Below are positions 1 through 10,157 of a DNA stretch of 64,000 nucleotides, in pieces (the first letter of the stretch is position 1; the number at the start of each line of letters is the position of its first letter). The position numbers were made by a program, and so were the translations under genes. Source of the stretch: an uncultured Rhodospirillaceae bacterium. GTDB taxonomy: Bacteria; Pseudomonadota; Alphaproteobacteria; Rhodospirillales; Magnetospirillaceae. The notes beneath the pieces were generated by a model that did not search any database, was not told the DNA's origin, and saw nothing but the letters and a program-made list of their open reading frames with translations. The DNA lies in the NCBI GenBank assembly GCA_964545205.1, contig CAZJFH010000014.1, positions 775 through 64,774 on the forward strand. Direction: 5' to 3'.

Positions 1-1
1 C

Positions 2-226
2 ATGGAGGCGCGCGGCGAGGACTGGCCGGCCGACGAGGAGGAGGCCTTCAAGGCGCCGATCCGCCAGCAGTACGAGACCCAGGGCCACCCGTACTACGCG
101 ACGGCGCGGCTGTGGGACGACGGCATCGTCGATCCGGCCGACACGCGCATGGTGCTCGGCCTGGGCATCTCGGCGTCGCTCAACGCGCCGATCCCGGAGA
201 CGAAGTACGGCGTGTTTCGGATGTGA
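2..226 (+). CDS. liuB: methylcrotonyl-CoA carboxylase beta (carboxyltransferase) subunit, C-terminal fragment; the 5' end lies outside the window
   Basis: The C-terminal sequence ...[30 protein letters not shown]...YGVFRM is typical of acyl-CoA carboxyltransferase beta subunits. It is followed by liuC/liuD/liuE. Confidence 0.8.
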   Translation: MEARGEDWPADEEEAFKAPIRQQYETQGHPYYATARLWDDGIVDPADTRMVLGLGISASLNAPIPETKYGVFRM

Positions 227-232
227 GTGGGA

Positions 233-712
233 ATGGCTGCGGACACGCCGATGCGACTGGGTGTCGCCGCCTCGCGGCGGATGCGGTGCGTCGACGCGAC
301 GGAGGCCGAGAAAGCGCTTTGGCGTTCCGTTCGCGACAAGCAGTTGGGCGTGAAGTTTCGGCGCCAGCATCCGATCGGCCCGTTCATCGCGGACTTCGTC
401 TGCATCGAGCGACGGCTGATCGTCGAGATCGACGGCGGACAGCATGGTGGTCCCGAGGACGAACGACGGACCGCTCATCTGGAGCGCCACGAGGGGTTCA
501 AGGTGATCAGGTTCTGGAACAACGAGGTGCTGGGAAACCTCTCGGGCGTTCTGGAGACGATCGTCACGGAACTGAATACCCTCTCCCGCTTGCGGGAGAG
601 GGAGGGGCCCGACGCGGAGCGGCGGGAGGGTGAGGGCGCCGAGACATCGGAGCGCGACCCCCACCCCGGCCCTCCCCCGCGCGCGGGGGAGGGGGAAATC
701 GGAGGGGAATGA
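233..712 (+). CDS. DUF559 (Vsr-like) endonuclease domain protein; the 3' end reads into a repeat element
   Basis: Core motif: AEKALWRSVRDKQLGVKFRRQHPIGPFIADFVCIERRLIVEIDGGQH...GFKVIRFWNNEV. ATG at 233 (GTG at 227 is also possible). The last ~45 codons (LSRLREREGP...PPRAGEGE) are encoded by the family-A repeat. Confidence 0.75.
   Translation: MAADTPMRLGVAASRRMRCVDATEAEKALWRSVRDKQLGVKFRRQHPIGPFIADFVCIERRLIVEIDGGQHGGPEDERRTAHLERHEGFKVIRFWNNEVLGNLSGVLETIVTELNTLSRLREREGPDAERREGEGAETSERDPHPGPPPRAGEGEIGGE
579..698. repeat. family-A double-hairpin intergenic repeat, copy 1
   Basis: Contains CCCTCTCCCGCTTGCGGGAGAGGG (hairpin 1), GGGAGGGTGAGGGCG, and CCCCCACCCCGGCCCTCCCCCGCGCGCGGGGGAGGG (hairpin 2). 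The same blocks recur at 3620-3735 and 16051-16183. Confidence 0.85.
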
Positions 713-713
713 A

Positions 714-1502
714 ATGACCGAAGCCGTTACCGTATCCACCGACGCCCGCGGCGTCGCCACCGTCACCTTGAACCGGCCCGAGGTGCACAACGCCTTCGAC
801 GACGCGCTGATCGCGCGGCTGACCGAGGTGTTTCGCGATCTCGGCCAGAAGGACGAGGTCCGCGTCGTCGTGCTCGCCTCGGAAGGCAAGAGCTTCTCGG
901 CCGGCGCCGACCTCAACTGGATGCGCCGCATGGCCGGCTATTCCGACGAGGAGAACCAGCGCGACGCCATGGCGCTGGCGCTGATGATGGAGGCCATCGA
1001 CCGCTGCCCGAAGCCGACCGTCGCCATCGTCCAGGGCGCGGCCTTCGGCGGCGGCGTCGGGCTGGTGTCGGCCTGCGACATCGCCATCGCCTCCGAAAAG
1101 GCCTCGTTCTCGCTGTCCGAGGTCAAGCTGGGAATCATCCCGGCGGTGATCAGCCCATACGTCGTCGCCGCCATCGGCTCCCGCGCCTGCCGGCGCTGGT
1201 TCCTGACCGGGGAGCGCTTCCCGGCCGCCGAGGCGCGGCGCATCGGCCTGATCCACGAGTGCGTTCAGGAGGACAAGCTGGACGAGGCCCGCGAGCTGAT
1301 GATCTCGGCGCTGCTGTCCTGCGGGCCCAAGGCGCAAGGACACGCCAAGGAGCTGATCCACGTCGTGCGCGAATCGCCGACCGGCCCCGACCTGATGCGC
1401 TACACCGCCCGCTACATCGCCGAGGTCCGCGCCTCGCCGGAAGGGCAGGAGGGGCTGGGCGCGTTCCTGGAGAAGCGCAAGCCGAACTGGGTCGGGGAAT
1501 AA
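714..1502 (+). CDS. liuC: methylglutaconyl-CoA hydratase (enoyl-CoA hydratase/crotonase family)
   Basis: Crotonase signature: VTLNRPEVHNAFDD...SFSAGADLNWM...GAAFGGGVGL. Sits between the MCCase subunit genes. The ATG at 714 removes the repeat-encoded N-terminal extension of ORF 630. Confidence 0.85.
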   Translation: MTEAVTVSTDARGVATVTLNRPEVHNAFDDALIARLTEVFRDLGQKDEVRVVVLASEGKSFSAGADLNWMRRMAGYSDEENQRDAMALALMMEAIDRCPKPTVAIVQGAAFGGGVGLVSACDIAIASEKASFSLSEVKLGIIPAVISPYVVAAIGSRACRRWFLTGERFPAAEARRIGLIHECVQEDKLDEARELMISALLSCGPKAQGHAKELIHVVRESPTGPDLMRYTARYIAEVRASPEGQEGLGAFLEKRKPNWVGE

Positions 1503-1518
1503 GTGAAACGAACAAGAT

Positions 1519-1597
1519 GAACCACAGAGACGCAGAGGCACAGAGAAGGCGCCGAGAGAGGAAGGTTGCTCTGTGTCTCCGTGTCTCCGTGGTTCCC
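1519..1597. repeat. family-B CACAGAG-type hairpin repeat, copy 1
   Basis: The arm GAACCACAGAGACGCAGAGGCACAGAG pairs with CTCTGTGTCTCCGTGTCTCCGTGGTTC. A related element lies at 18311-18421. Confidence 0.8.
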
Positions 1598-1617
1598 AAG
1601 CCGTGCCGGGAGAAGAA

Positions 1618-3615
<1,998 letters not shown>

Positions 3616-3619
3616 TCTT

Positions 3620-3735
3620 TCCCTCTCCCGCTTGCGGGAGAGGGTGGGGCCCGCGAAGCGGGAGGGTGAGGGCGGCGCTCCGGCTTCACGGCGCGGCCCC
3701 CACCCCGACCCTCCCCCGCGAGCGGGGGAGGGAGT
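3620..3735. repeat. family-A double-hairpin intergenic repeat, copy 2
   Basis: Contains CCCTCTCCCGCTTGCGGGAGAGGGTGGGGCCC...GGGAGGGTGAGGGCGG...CCCCCACCCCGACCCTCCCCCGCGAGCGGGGGAGGG between liuD and liuE. Confidence 0.85.
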
Positions 3736-3754
3736 TCAGAGCGAGGAGCGAGAG

Positions 3755-4666
3755 ATGCTTCCCAAGCGCGTCAAGATCGTCGAGGTCGGCCCCCGCGACG
3801 GGCTGCAGAACGAGACGGCGATCGTGCCGACCGCGGTCAAGGTCGAGCTGATCGACCGGCTGTCAGCGGCCGGCCTGCCGGTGGTCGAGGCCGGCAGCTT
3901 CGTCTCGCCGAAATGGGTGCCGCAGATGGCCGACACGCCCGAGGTGCTGGCGCGCATCAATCGGCGGCCGGGCGTCGCCTATCCGGTGCTGGTGCCCAAC
4001 ATGAAGGGGCTGGAGGGCGCGCTGGCCGCCGGGGTCGAGGAGATCGCGGTGTTCGGCGCCGCGTCGGAAGCGTTCTCGCACAAGAACATCAACTGCTCGA
4101 TCGCCGAGAGTCTGGAGCGCTTCGCGCCCGTCGTCGCGGCGGCGCGCGACAAGGGCCTGCGGGTGCGCGGCTACGTCTCGTGCGTGCTCGGCTGCCCATA
4201 CCAGGGCGCGGTGCCCGCCGAGAGCGTCGCCGCCGTCGCCGAGCGGCTGTTCGCGCTCGGCTGCTACGAGATTTCGCTGGGCGACACCATCGGCACCGGC
4301 ACGCCGGCCAAGGCCCAGGCGATGGTCGATGCCGTCGCGGCGCGGCTGCCGGTCGACAGGCTGGCGGCGCATTTCCACGACACCTACGGTCAGGCGCTGG
4401 CCAACCTGTACGCGGTGATGGAACGGGGGGTGGCGGTGATCGACGCCTCGGTCGCCGGACTCGGCGGCTGTCCCTATGCCAAGGGCGCCTCGGGCAACGT
4501 CGCCACCGAGGACGTGCTCTACATGCTCGACGGCATGGGCGTCGAGACCGGCGTCGCCTTGGACGCGCTGCTCGCCGCCGGCGGCTTCATCTGCGGCCGG
4601 CTCGGGCGGGAGCCGGCCTCGAAGGTGGCGCGCGCGCTCGCGGTCGCGGCTCCAACGAAAGGGTGA
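3755..4666 (+). CDS. liuE: hydroxymethylglutaryl-CoA lyase
   Basis: Motifs [20 protein letters not shown] and ...[12 protein letters not shown]...GLGGCPYA are typical of HMG-CoA lyase. The ATG at 3755 lies after the repeat. Confidence 0.9.
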   Translation: MLPKRVKIVEVGPRDGLQNETAIVPTAVKVELIDRLSAAGLPVVEAGSFVSPKWVPQMADTPEVLARINRRPGVAYPVLVPNMKGLEGALAAGVEEIAVFGAASEAFSHKNINCSIAESLERFAPVVAAARDKGLRVRGYVSCVLGCPYQGAVPAESVAAVAERLFALGCYEISLGDTIGTGTPAKAQAMVDAVAARLPVDRLAAHFHDTYGQALANLYAVMERGVAVIDASVAGLGGCPYAKGASGNVATEDVLYMLDGMGVETGVALDALLAAGGFICGRLGREPASKVARALAVAAPTKG

Positions 4667-4721
4667 CGCCCCTGCGACCTCGGTATATACATCAAGTCCG
4701 TTGATTTGATGGTGCGAGGGA

Positions 4722-5267
4722 ATGCTGCCGTTCGACCCCGCTGCTCTGAAGGTGCTCGTGGTCGAGGACAGCGAGCATTTCCGCCTGTTGATCCGCACCG
4801 TCCTGCACAGCATGAACATCCGCGACGTGCGCGAGGCGGCGGACGGCACCGAAGCGCTGGCCGTGCTGCGCGAATTCGCCGCCGACCTGCTGATTCTCGA
4901 CTACAAGATGGAGCCGATGGACGGCATCAGCTTCGTGCTGAAGCTGCGCCGCTCGGCCGAGAGCCCGAACCCCTACGTGCCGATCGTGATGGTCACCGCC
5001 TATGCCGAGGCCAGCCTGGTGCGCGAAGCGCGCGACGCCGGCATCGACGAGTTCCTGACCAAGCCGCTGTCGGCGAACGGGCTGATGACCCGCATCATCG
5101 GCGCGCTGCAGCACCGGCGCCGATTCGTGCGCAACGACACCTATGTCGGTCCCGACAGGCGGCGCCAACAGGTGGCCTTCACCGGACCCGACCGGCGCCG
5201 GCCGGCCGAGGGCGAACCGGAGGCGGGCGAATTCGCCCCTTCCGCGCAGGATCGCGTTGAGACTTGA
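4722..5267 (+). CDS. single-domain CheY-like response regulator with an arginine-rich C-terminal tail (two GPDRRR motifs)
   Basis: Receiver motifs VLVVEDS...DLLILDYKMEPMDG...VMVTA...KP, followed by the tail YVGPDRRRQQVAFTGPDRRRPAEGE. Confidence 0.85.
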   Translation: MLPFDPAALKVLVVEDSEHFRLLIRTVLHSMNIRDVREAADGTEALAVLREFAADLLILDYKMEPMDGISFVLKLRRSAESPNPYVPIVMVTAYAEASLVREARDAGIDEFLTKPLSANGLMTRIIGALQHRRRFVRNDTYVGPDRRRQQVAFTGPDRRRPAEGEPEAGEFAPSAQDRVET

Positions 5268-5369
5268 TATCTTTGGCTTCCTGTCCGTCCATAATGGCGA
5301 TAGAATTCGGCAAAACATGATTGGTCCGACCGGATTCCACCCGTCGGAGCGGAGACGAGCGGTTCGCGT

Positions 5370-5936
5370 ATGGGCGGTTACAACCTCGACAGACTGAACT
5401 TCCTGGTCGTCGACGACAACAAGCACATGCGGGCGCTGGTCAAGACCATCCTGCATGCCCTGGGCTCGAAGAGCGTCGTCGAGGCGGCCGACGGCGCCGA
5501 CGCGTTCAAGGAACTGCGGCACTTCCCCGCCGACATCATCATCTGCGACTGGAACATGTCGCCGCTCGACGGCCTCGACTTCGTGCGCCTGGTGCGCACC
5601 GGCAAGGACAGCCCGAATCCCTTCGCGGCGATCATCATGCTGACCGGCCACACCGAGATGCACCGCGTCGTCGAGGCGCGCGACGCCGGCGTGCACGAGT
5701 TCCTGGCCAAGCCGATCTCGGCCAAGGCGCTGTATTCGCGCATCCGCTCGATCATCGAGCGGCCGCGGCCGTTCATCCGCACGGTGACCTATTTCGGTCC
5801 CGACCGCCGCCGCAAGCAGATGGACTACAAGGGCAAGGAGCGGCGCAAGTCGGCGGCCGCGGGCGGCGGTGCGGCGGCGGTCGATCCGGGCGGCGGCCTG
5901 AGCCAGGCCGAGATCGAGGCGCTGCTGAACGGCTAG
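5370..5936 (+). CDS. single-domain CheY-like response regulator with an arginine-rich C-terminal tail (paralog of 4722-5267)
   Basis: Receiver motifs FLVVDDN...DIIICDWNMSPLDG...IMLTG...KP, followed by the tail YFGPDRRRKQMDYKGKERRKS. Confidence 0.85.
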   Translation: MGGYNLDRLNFLVVDDNKHMRALVKTILHALGSKSVVEAADGADAFKELRHFPADIIICDWNMSPLDGLDFVRLVRTGKDSPNPFAAIIMLTGHTEMHRVVEARDAGVHEFLAKPISAKALYSRIRSIIERPRPFIRTVTYFGPDRRRKQMDYKGKERRKSAAAGGGAAAVDPGGGLSQAEIEALLNG

Positions 5937-5999
5937 GCTTGCGGCGGCGGCGGGCGTCCTGCCATAACTAGCCGCTGGGATTCACACGAGGGCAGCAGG

Positions 6000-6491
6000 A
6001 TGAGCGGCGACGACCACGAAATCATCAATCCGCCCAGCACCCTGAAGAACAAGGTCACCTACAGCGCGAGCGGCGTGGATCTGGCGATGCTGGAAAAGGC
6101 CGAGGAGATCATCGCCGGCCTGCAGGGCAGCTACCTCGAGTGGGTGCAGGAGGATCTCGAAAAGCTGCAGGCGCTGTTCGACCAGGCCCAGGCGACCGCG
6201 CCCGACCAGCGGACCGGACTGCTGTCCGAGATTTTCCGCATCGCCCATGACATCAAGGGCCAGGGCGGCAGCTTCGGCTACGACCTGATGACGGCGGTCG
6301 GCAACCAGCTCTGCCGCTTCGTCGAAAAGCTGGAGCGGGTCGGCGATGCCGAGCTCGAGGTGATCAAGCTGCACCTCGATTCGATGCGCCTGATCATCGG
6401 CGAGCGCATGGAAGGCTCGGGCGGCAAGGCCGGCGAGGAAATGGTCGCCGGCCTGCAGGCGGTCATCGCCAAGCTGCAGCAGAAGAAGTAG
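6000..6491 (+). CDS. Hpt (histidine phosphotransfer) domain protein
   Basis: The motif FRIAHDIKGQGGSFG matches the Hpt HxxKG phospho-histidine signature. The protein looks like a small all-helical one. Confidence 0.75.
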   Translation: MSGDDHEIINPPSTLKNKVTYSASGVDLAMLEKAEEIIAGLQGSYLEWVQEDLEKLQALFDQAQATAPDQRTGLLSEIFRIAHDIKGQGGSFGYDLMTAVGNQLCRFVEKLERVGDAELEVIKLHLDSMRLIIGERMEGSGGKAGEEMVAGLQAVIAKLQQKK

Positions 6492-6501
6492 CGCTCCCGC
6501 C

Positions 6502-7359
6502 TCACCCCGTCTCGACCGGCGTGTCGTCGCGCGCCCCCCATTCCGCCCACGAGCCGTCGTAGACCGAATGGCGCTTGTGCCCGACCAGGTGCAGGGCCAG
6601 CGCCAGCACGCAGGCGGTGACGCCCGAGCCGCACGAGCAGACCACCGGACGGTCGAGGTCGACGCCGCCGCGGCGGAACGCCTCGATCAGCTTGTCGTAG
6701 GGCTGCATCTTGCGGGTGCGCTCGTCGATCAGCTCGGTGAAGGGCACGTTGAAACTGCCGGGGATGCGGCCGACCTTCTTGACCGGCCACAGCTCGGGAT
6801 CGGTGCCGCGGAACCGGCCGGGGGCGCGGGCGTCGACGACCTGCTCGCGCTTGCTCTCCAGATTGGCCAGCAGGTCCTCGGTGGTGCGCAGCAGGGTGGT
6901 GTCGACGCGGGCCATGAAGTGGCGCTCGCGCGGCATCGGCGGCATGTCGTCGACTCGGCGCTGCTCGCGCAGCCAAGTCGGGAAGCCGCCGTCGACCACG
7001 GCGACGTCGTTGTGGCCGAACAGCCGGAACATCCACCACACCCGCGCCGCGGCGCTGGCGAAGCCGGTGCCGTCATAGACGACGACGCGGTTGCCGCTGC
7101 CCAGGCCAAGCTTGCGGACCTTGCTGGCGAACTTCTCGGGCGGCGGCACCATGTGCGGATAGGGCGTGGCGTCGGCGGCGATCTCGTCGATGTCGAAGAA
7201 CACGGCGCCGGGGATGTGCTCGGCCTGGTATTCGTCGCGCGCGTCGCGGTTCTGGATCGGCAGGTAATAGCTGGCGTCCACCACCCGCACGTCCGGCGCC
7301 GACAGGTGGGACTCCAGCCAGTCGGTGCCGACCAGCGCGTCGGGATTCGCGTAATTCAT
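6502..7359 (-). CDS. sseA: 3-mercaptopyruvate sulfurtransferase (tandem rhodanese)
   Basis: Two rhodanese domains. The active-site loop is CSCGSGVTAC (CGSGVTA type). Confidence 0.85.
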   Translation of the reverse strand: MNYANPDALVGTDWLESHLSAPDVRVVDASYYLPIQNRDARDEYQAEHIPGAVFFDIDEIAADATPYPHMVPPPEKFASKVRKLGLGSGNRVVVYDGTGFASAAARVWWMFRLFGHNDVAVVDGGFPTWLREQRRVDDMPPMPRERHFMARVDTTLLRTTEDLLANLESKREQVVDARAPGRFRGTDPELWPVKKVGRIPGSFNVPFTELIDERTRKMQPYDKLIEAFRRGGVDLDRPVVCSCGSGVTACVLALALHLVGHKRHSVYDGSWAEWGARDDTPVETG

Positions 7360-7381
7360 CGACCGTTCGCCTCGTTCGTTC

Positions 7382-8386
7382 TCAGGACAGCCAAGCCGGC
7401 ACGGGCAGATCGCGCGCGCGCAGGAACTCGGGATTGAACATCTTGCTTTGATAACGCATCGCGCCGTCGGCGAGAATGGTCACGACGACGTGACCCGGGC
7501 CGAGATCGCGCGCCACCTTCATCGCCGCCATCACGTTGATGCCCGACGACAGCCCCAGCATCAGGCCCTCGTTGGCGATCAGGTCGTAGAGCACCGGCAG
7601 CGCCTCGGCGTCGGTCACCCGCAACGCGTCGTCGATGGGCGCGCCGTCGACATTGCCGGTGACGCGGCCCTGGCCGATGCCTTCGGTGATCGAGCTGCCT
7701 TCGGACTTCAACTCGCCCGTCTTGATCCACGAATACAGCGCCGCCCCCATCGGATCGGCGAGCACGGTGCGGACGTGGCGCTTGCGCTCCTTCAGCGCCA
7801 TCGCGACGCCGGCCAGCGTGCCGCCGGTGCCGACCGCGCAGGTGAAGGCGTCGACCTTGCCGCCGGTCTGGTCCCAGATCTCGGCGCCGGTGGTGGCGCG
7901 GTGGCCCTCGCGGTTGGCGACGTTGTCGAACTGGTTGGCCCAGACGGCGCCGTTCGGCTCGCTGGCCGCCAGCTCGCCGGCCAGGCGCTCGGCGAAGCGG
8001 ACGTAGTTGTTGGGGTCCTTGTAGGGCACCGCCGGCACCAGGCGCACATCGGCGCCGCAGGCGCGCAGCGTGTCGATCTTCTCCTGGCTCTGGGTCTCGG
8101 GCACGACGATGACCGTGCGATAGCCCAGCGCGTTGGCGACCAGGGCGAGGCCGATGCCGGTGTTGCCGGCCGTGCCCTCGACGATGACGCCGCCGGGCTT
8201 CAGCAGGCCCTTGGCCTCGGCGTCGCGCACCAGCGCCAGCGCCGCGCGGTCCTTGACCGAGCCGCCGGGATTGAGGAACTCGGCCTTGCCCAGGATGGTG
8301 CAGCCGGTGGCCTCGGAGGCTTGCCGCAGCTTGATCAGCGGCGTGCGGCCGATGCTGTCGAGAAAACCGTCGCGGATGTCGGTCAT
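7382..8386 (-). CDS. PLP-dependent cysteine synthase family protein
   Basis: Motifs GRTPLIKL...LNPGGSVKDRAAL (PLP lysine) and ...GTAGNTGIGLA...GTGGT. The ATG at 8386 trims the upstream extension of ORF 8479. Confidence 0.85.
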   Translation of the reverse strand: MTDIRDGFLDSIGRTPLIKLRQASEATGCTILGKAEFLNPGGSVKDRAALALVRDAEAKGLLKPGGVIVEGTAGNTGIGLALVANALGYRTVIVVPETQSQEKIDTLRACGADVRLVPAVPYKDPNNYVRFAERLAGELAASEPNGAVWANQFDNVANREGHRATTGAEIWDQTGGKVDAFTCAVGTGGTLAGVAMALKERKRHVRTVLADPMGAALYSWIKTGELKSEGSSITEGIGQGRVTGNVDGAPIDDALRVTDAEALPVLYDLIANEGLMLGLSSGINVMAAMKVARDLGPGHVVVTILADGAMRYQSKMFNPEFLRARDLPVPAWLS

Positions 8387-8438
8387 GGGCGCTCCTGCGG
8401 CAGTGGAAACGCGAGAGTAAGCGGGCCGTCCGGCACGA

Positions 8439-9053
8439 TCAACCCGGCCGGTCGTCTGCCCACCGCCTGCGCAGGCCATCGCGATTCAGCGACAGCCACT
8501 GCAGGGCGATGATGGTGACCGCATTGGCGACGCGGCCGTCGGCGATCATGGCGATCGCCTCGTCGGCCGGCATCACCGAGACGCGGATGTCCTCGTCCTC
8601 GCTGCCGACGCCGTGCAGGCCGCCGAGGCCGGCGCTGTCGACGCGGCCGCAGAACAGGGCGCAGGTCTCGCTGGTGCCGCCAGGGCTGACCAGATAGCGG
8701 GTGATCGGCACCAGCTCGCCCAGGGTGCAGCCGGCCTCCTCGACCGCCTCGCGCCGGACCACCTCCTCGGCGGCCTCGCCGGGCTCGATGATGCCTGCCA
8801 CCGTCTCGATCTGCCAAGGCGGCAGGCCCGCGGCCAGGGCGCCGATCCGGAACTGTTCGATCAGCGCCACCGTGTCGCGCGCGGGATCGTAGGGCAGCAC
8901 CGCCGCCGCGTGGCCGCGCTCGAACACCTCGCGGGTGACCGGTCGGCTCCAGCCGCCGTCGAACCGGCGGTGGCGCAGGCTGTAGCGGTCGATCCGGAAA
9001 TAGCCCTGAAAGGGCGTGGTCTTCGCGATGATCTCGACGTCATCGGCGGCCAT
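8439..9053 (-). CDS. NUDIX hydrolase, ADP-ribose pyrophosphatase-like
   Basis: A Nudix box-like GIIEPGEAAEEVVRREAVEEAGC and an N-terminal region resembling NudF/NudK. Internal ATG at 9053. Confidence 0.75.
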   Translation of the reverse strand: MAADDVEIIAKTTPFQGYFRIDRYSLRHRRFDGGWSRPVTREVFERGHAAAVLPYDPARDTVALIEQFRIGALAAGLPPWQIETVAGIIEPGEAAEEVVRREAVEEAGCTLGELVPITRYLVSPGGTSETCALFCGRVDSAGLGGLHGVGSEDEDIRVSVMPADEAIAMIADGRVANAVTIIALQWLSLNRDGLRRRWADDRPG

Positions 9054-9206
9054 GGCGTCCTCCTCGGCGGGTCGGCCCGGTTTACCCGCTGGCGCGGCGG
9101 CCGGCAAGCGCGGCGCCGTCTCGTCGCGGAAAGTTTGACTCATACCAAAGAATGGTGATGATCGGAGCGACGAGCCAGTCTTCGGCGACGGGGGGAACCG
9201 AGCACG

Positions 9207-9680
9207 ATGACAACCGGACCTGAAACGGGCGCGCCGCGCTGGAGCGAGGCGCTGAGCGTCGGCGTGCCCGAAATCGACGCCGACCACAAGCTGCTGTTCG
9301 ACCTCGTGGACCAGGCGCGCGCGGCGATCGACGGCGCCGAGGTGGAATCGGTGCTGCCTTGCGTCCTCGCGGCGCTGATCGACTACACCGACTACCACTT
9401 CGCCCGCGAGGAGCGGATGCAGCAGGCGATCGGATTTTCCGAGGCCCGGGCGCACCGCGACCAGCACGAGATGCTGCGCCAGCGCGTTCGCGCCTTCGCC
9501 GCCGCCCTCGACGTCGGCGAGTTCGACCCGATCGCGCTGATCAGCTTCCTGGAAGCCTGGCTGGTCGAGCACATCGTCCGTCAGGACATGCGCTTCAAGC
9601 CGCTGGCGAACGGCAATCCGGCGGCGCGGCGAGCGGCGGCTTCGGTCGGCATCGAGTTCTTCATGGAGGCGGCGTCATGA
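9207..9680 (+). CDS. bacteriohemerythrin-like protein
   Basis: Metal-ligand pattern: IDADH..., YHFAREE, HRDQHEML, WLVEHIVRQD (H, HxxxE, HxxxH, HxxxxD). Confidence 0.8.
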   Translation: MTTGPETGAPRWSEALSVGVPEIDADHKLLFDLVDQARAAIDGAEVESVLPCVLAALIDYTDYHFAREERMQQAIGFSEARAHRDQHEMLRQRVRAFAAALDVGEFDPIALISFLEAWLVEHIVRQDMRFKPLANGNPAARRAAASVGIEFFMEAAS

Positions 9681-10129
9681 CCCTCGACGGCATGCGCATC
9701 CTGATCGTCGACGACAACCCCAACATGCGCCGCCTGATCACCACCATCCTGCAGAGCGCCGGCTCGGGCGAGATCCGGCATGCCGCCAGCGCCGAGGAGG
9801 CCATCGAGGTTCTCGACGGCTGGGTGCCGAACCTGATGCTGGTCGACTACGTGATGGAGGGCGAGGACGGCGCCAGCTTCACCCGCGCCGTCCGGGCCAG
9901 CTTCGGCGAGGCCGAGCCGCGGCTGCCGATCGTCATCGTCACCGGCCATGCCGATGTCGCCCGGTTCGACGCCGCGAAGGAAGCCGGCGCGAACGACTTC
10001 ATCGCCAAGCCGTTCAACCCGAAGACGCTCCTTCAGCGGATCGGCCGTGTCCTGCAGGACAACCTGACGATCAAGGAGCTCGAGACACAGGCGCGGCAGC
10101 GGCGCGAGGCCCTGGCTCAGCAGGACTGA
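9677..10129 (+). CDS. single-domain CheY-like response regulator
   Basis: Motifs [13 protein letters not shown]...[13 protein letters not shown]...IVTGH...AKP. Its ATG overlaps the hemerythrin stop (ATGA). Confidence 0.85.
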   Translation: MTLDGMRILIVDDNPNMRRLITTILQSAGSGEIRHAASAEEAIEVLDGWVPNLMLVDYVMEGEDGASFTRAVRASFGEAEPRLPIVIVTGHADVARFDAAKEAGANDFIAKPFNPKTLLQRIGRVLQDNLTIKELETQARQRREALAQQD

Positions 10130-10157
10130 CGCCGTCGCGCCCCGAACGGAGGCGGGC

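Noticed and set aside
630-713. N-terminal extensions of liuC (from 630), liuE (from 3632), sufS (to 16115) and others suggested by the longest-ORF track
   Set aside because: The extra codons are translations of family-A repeat DNA (…PRAGEG…, …LSRERERD…). Internal ATGs with proper family N-termini exist immediately after the repeats.
8439-9572. A 377-aa minus-strand ORF extending the NUDIX gene upstream across the hemerythrin gene
   Set aside because: The upstream part is antisense to the hemerythrin gene, which has full ligand motifs, and shows no family signature. The NUDIX domain begins at the internal Met at 9053.
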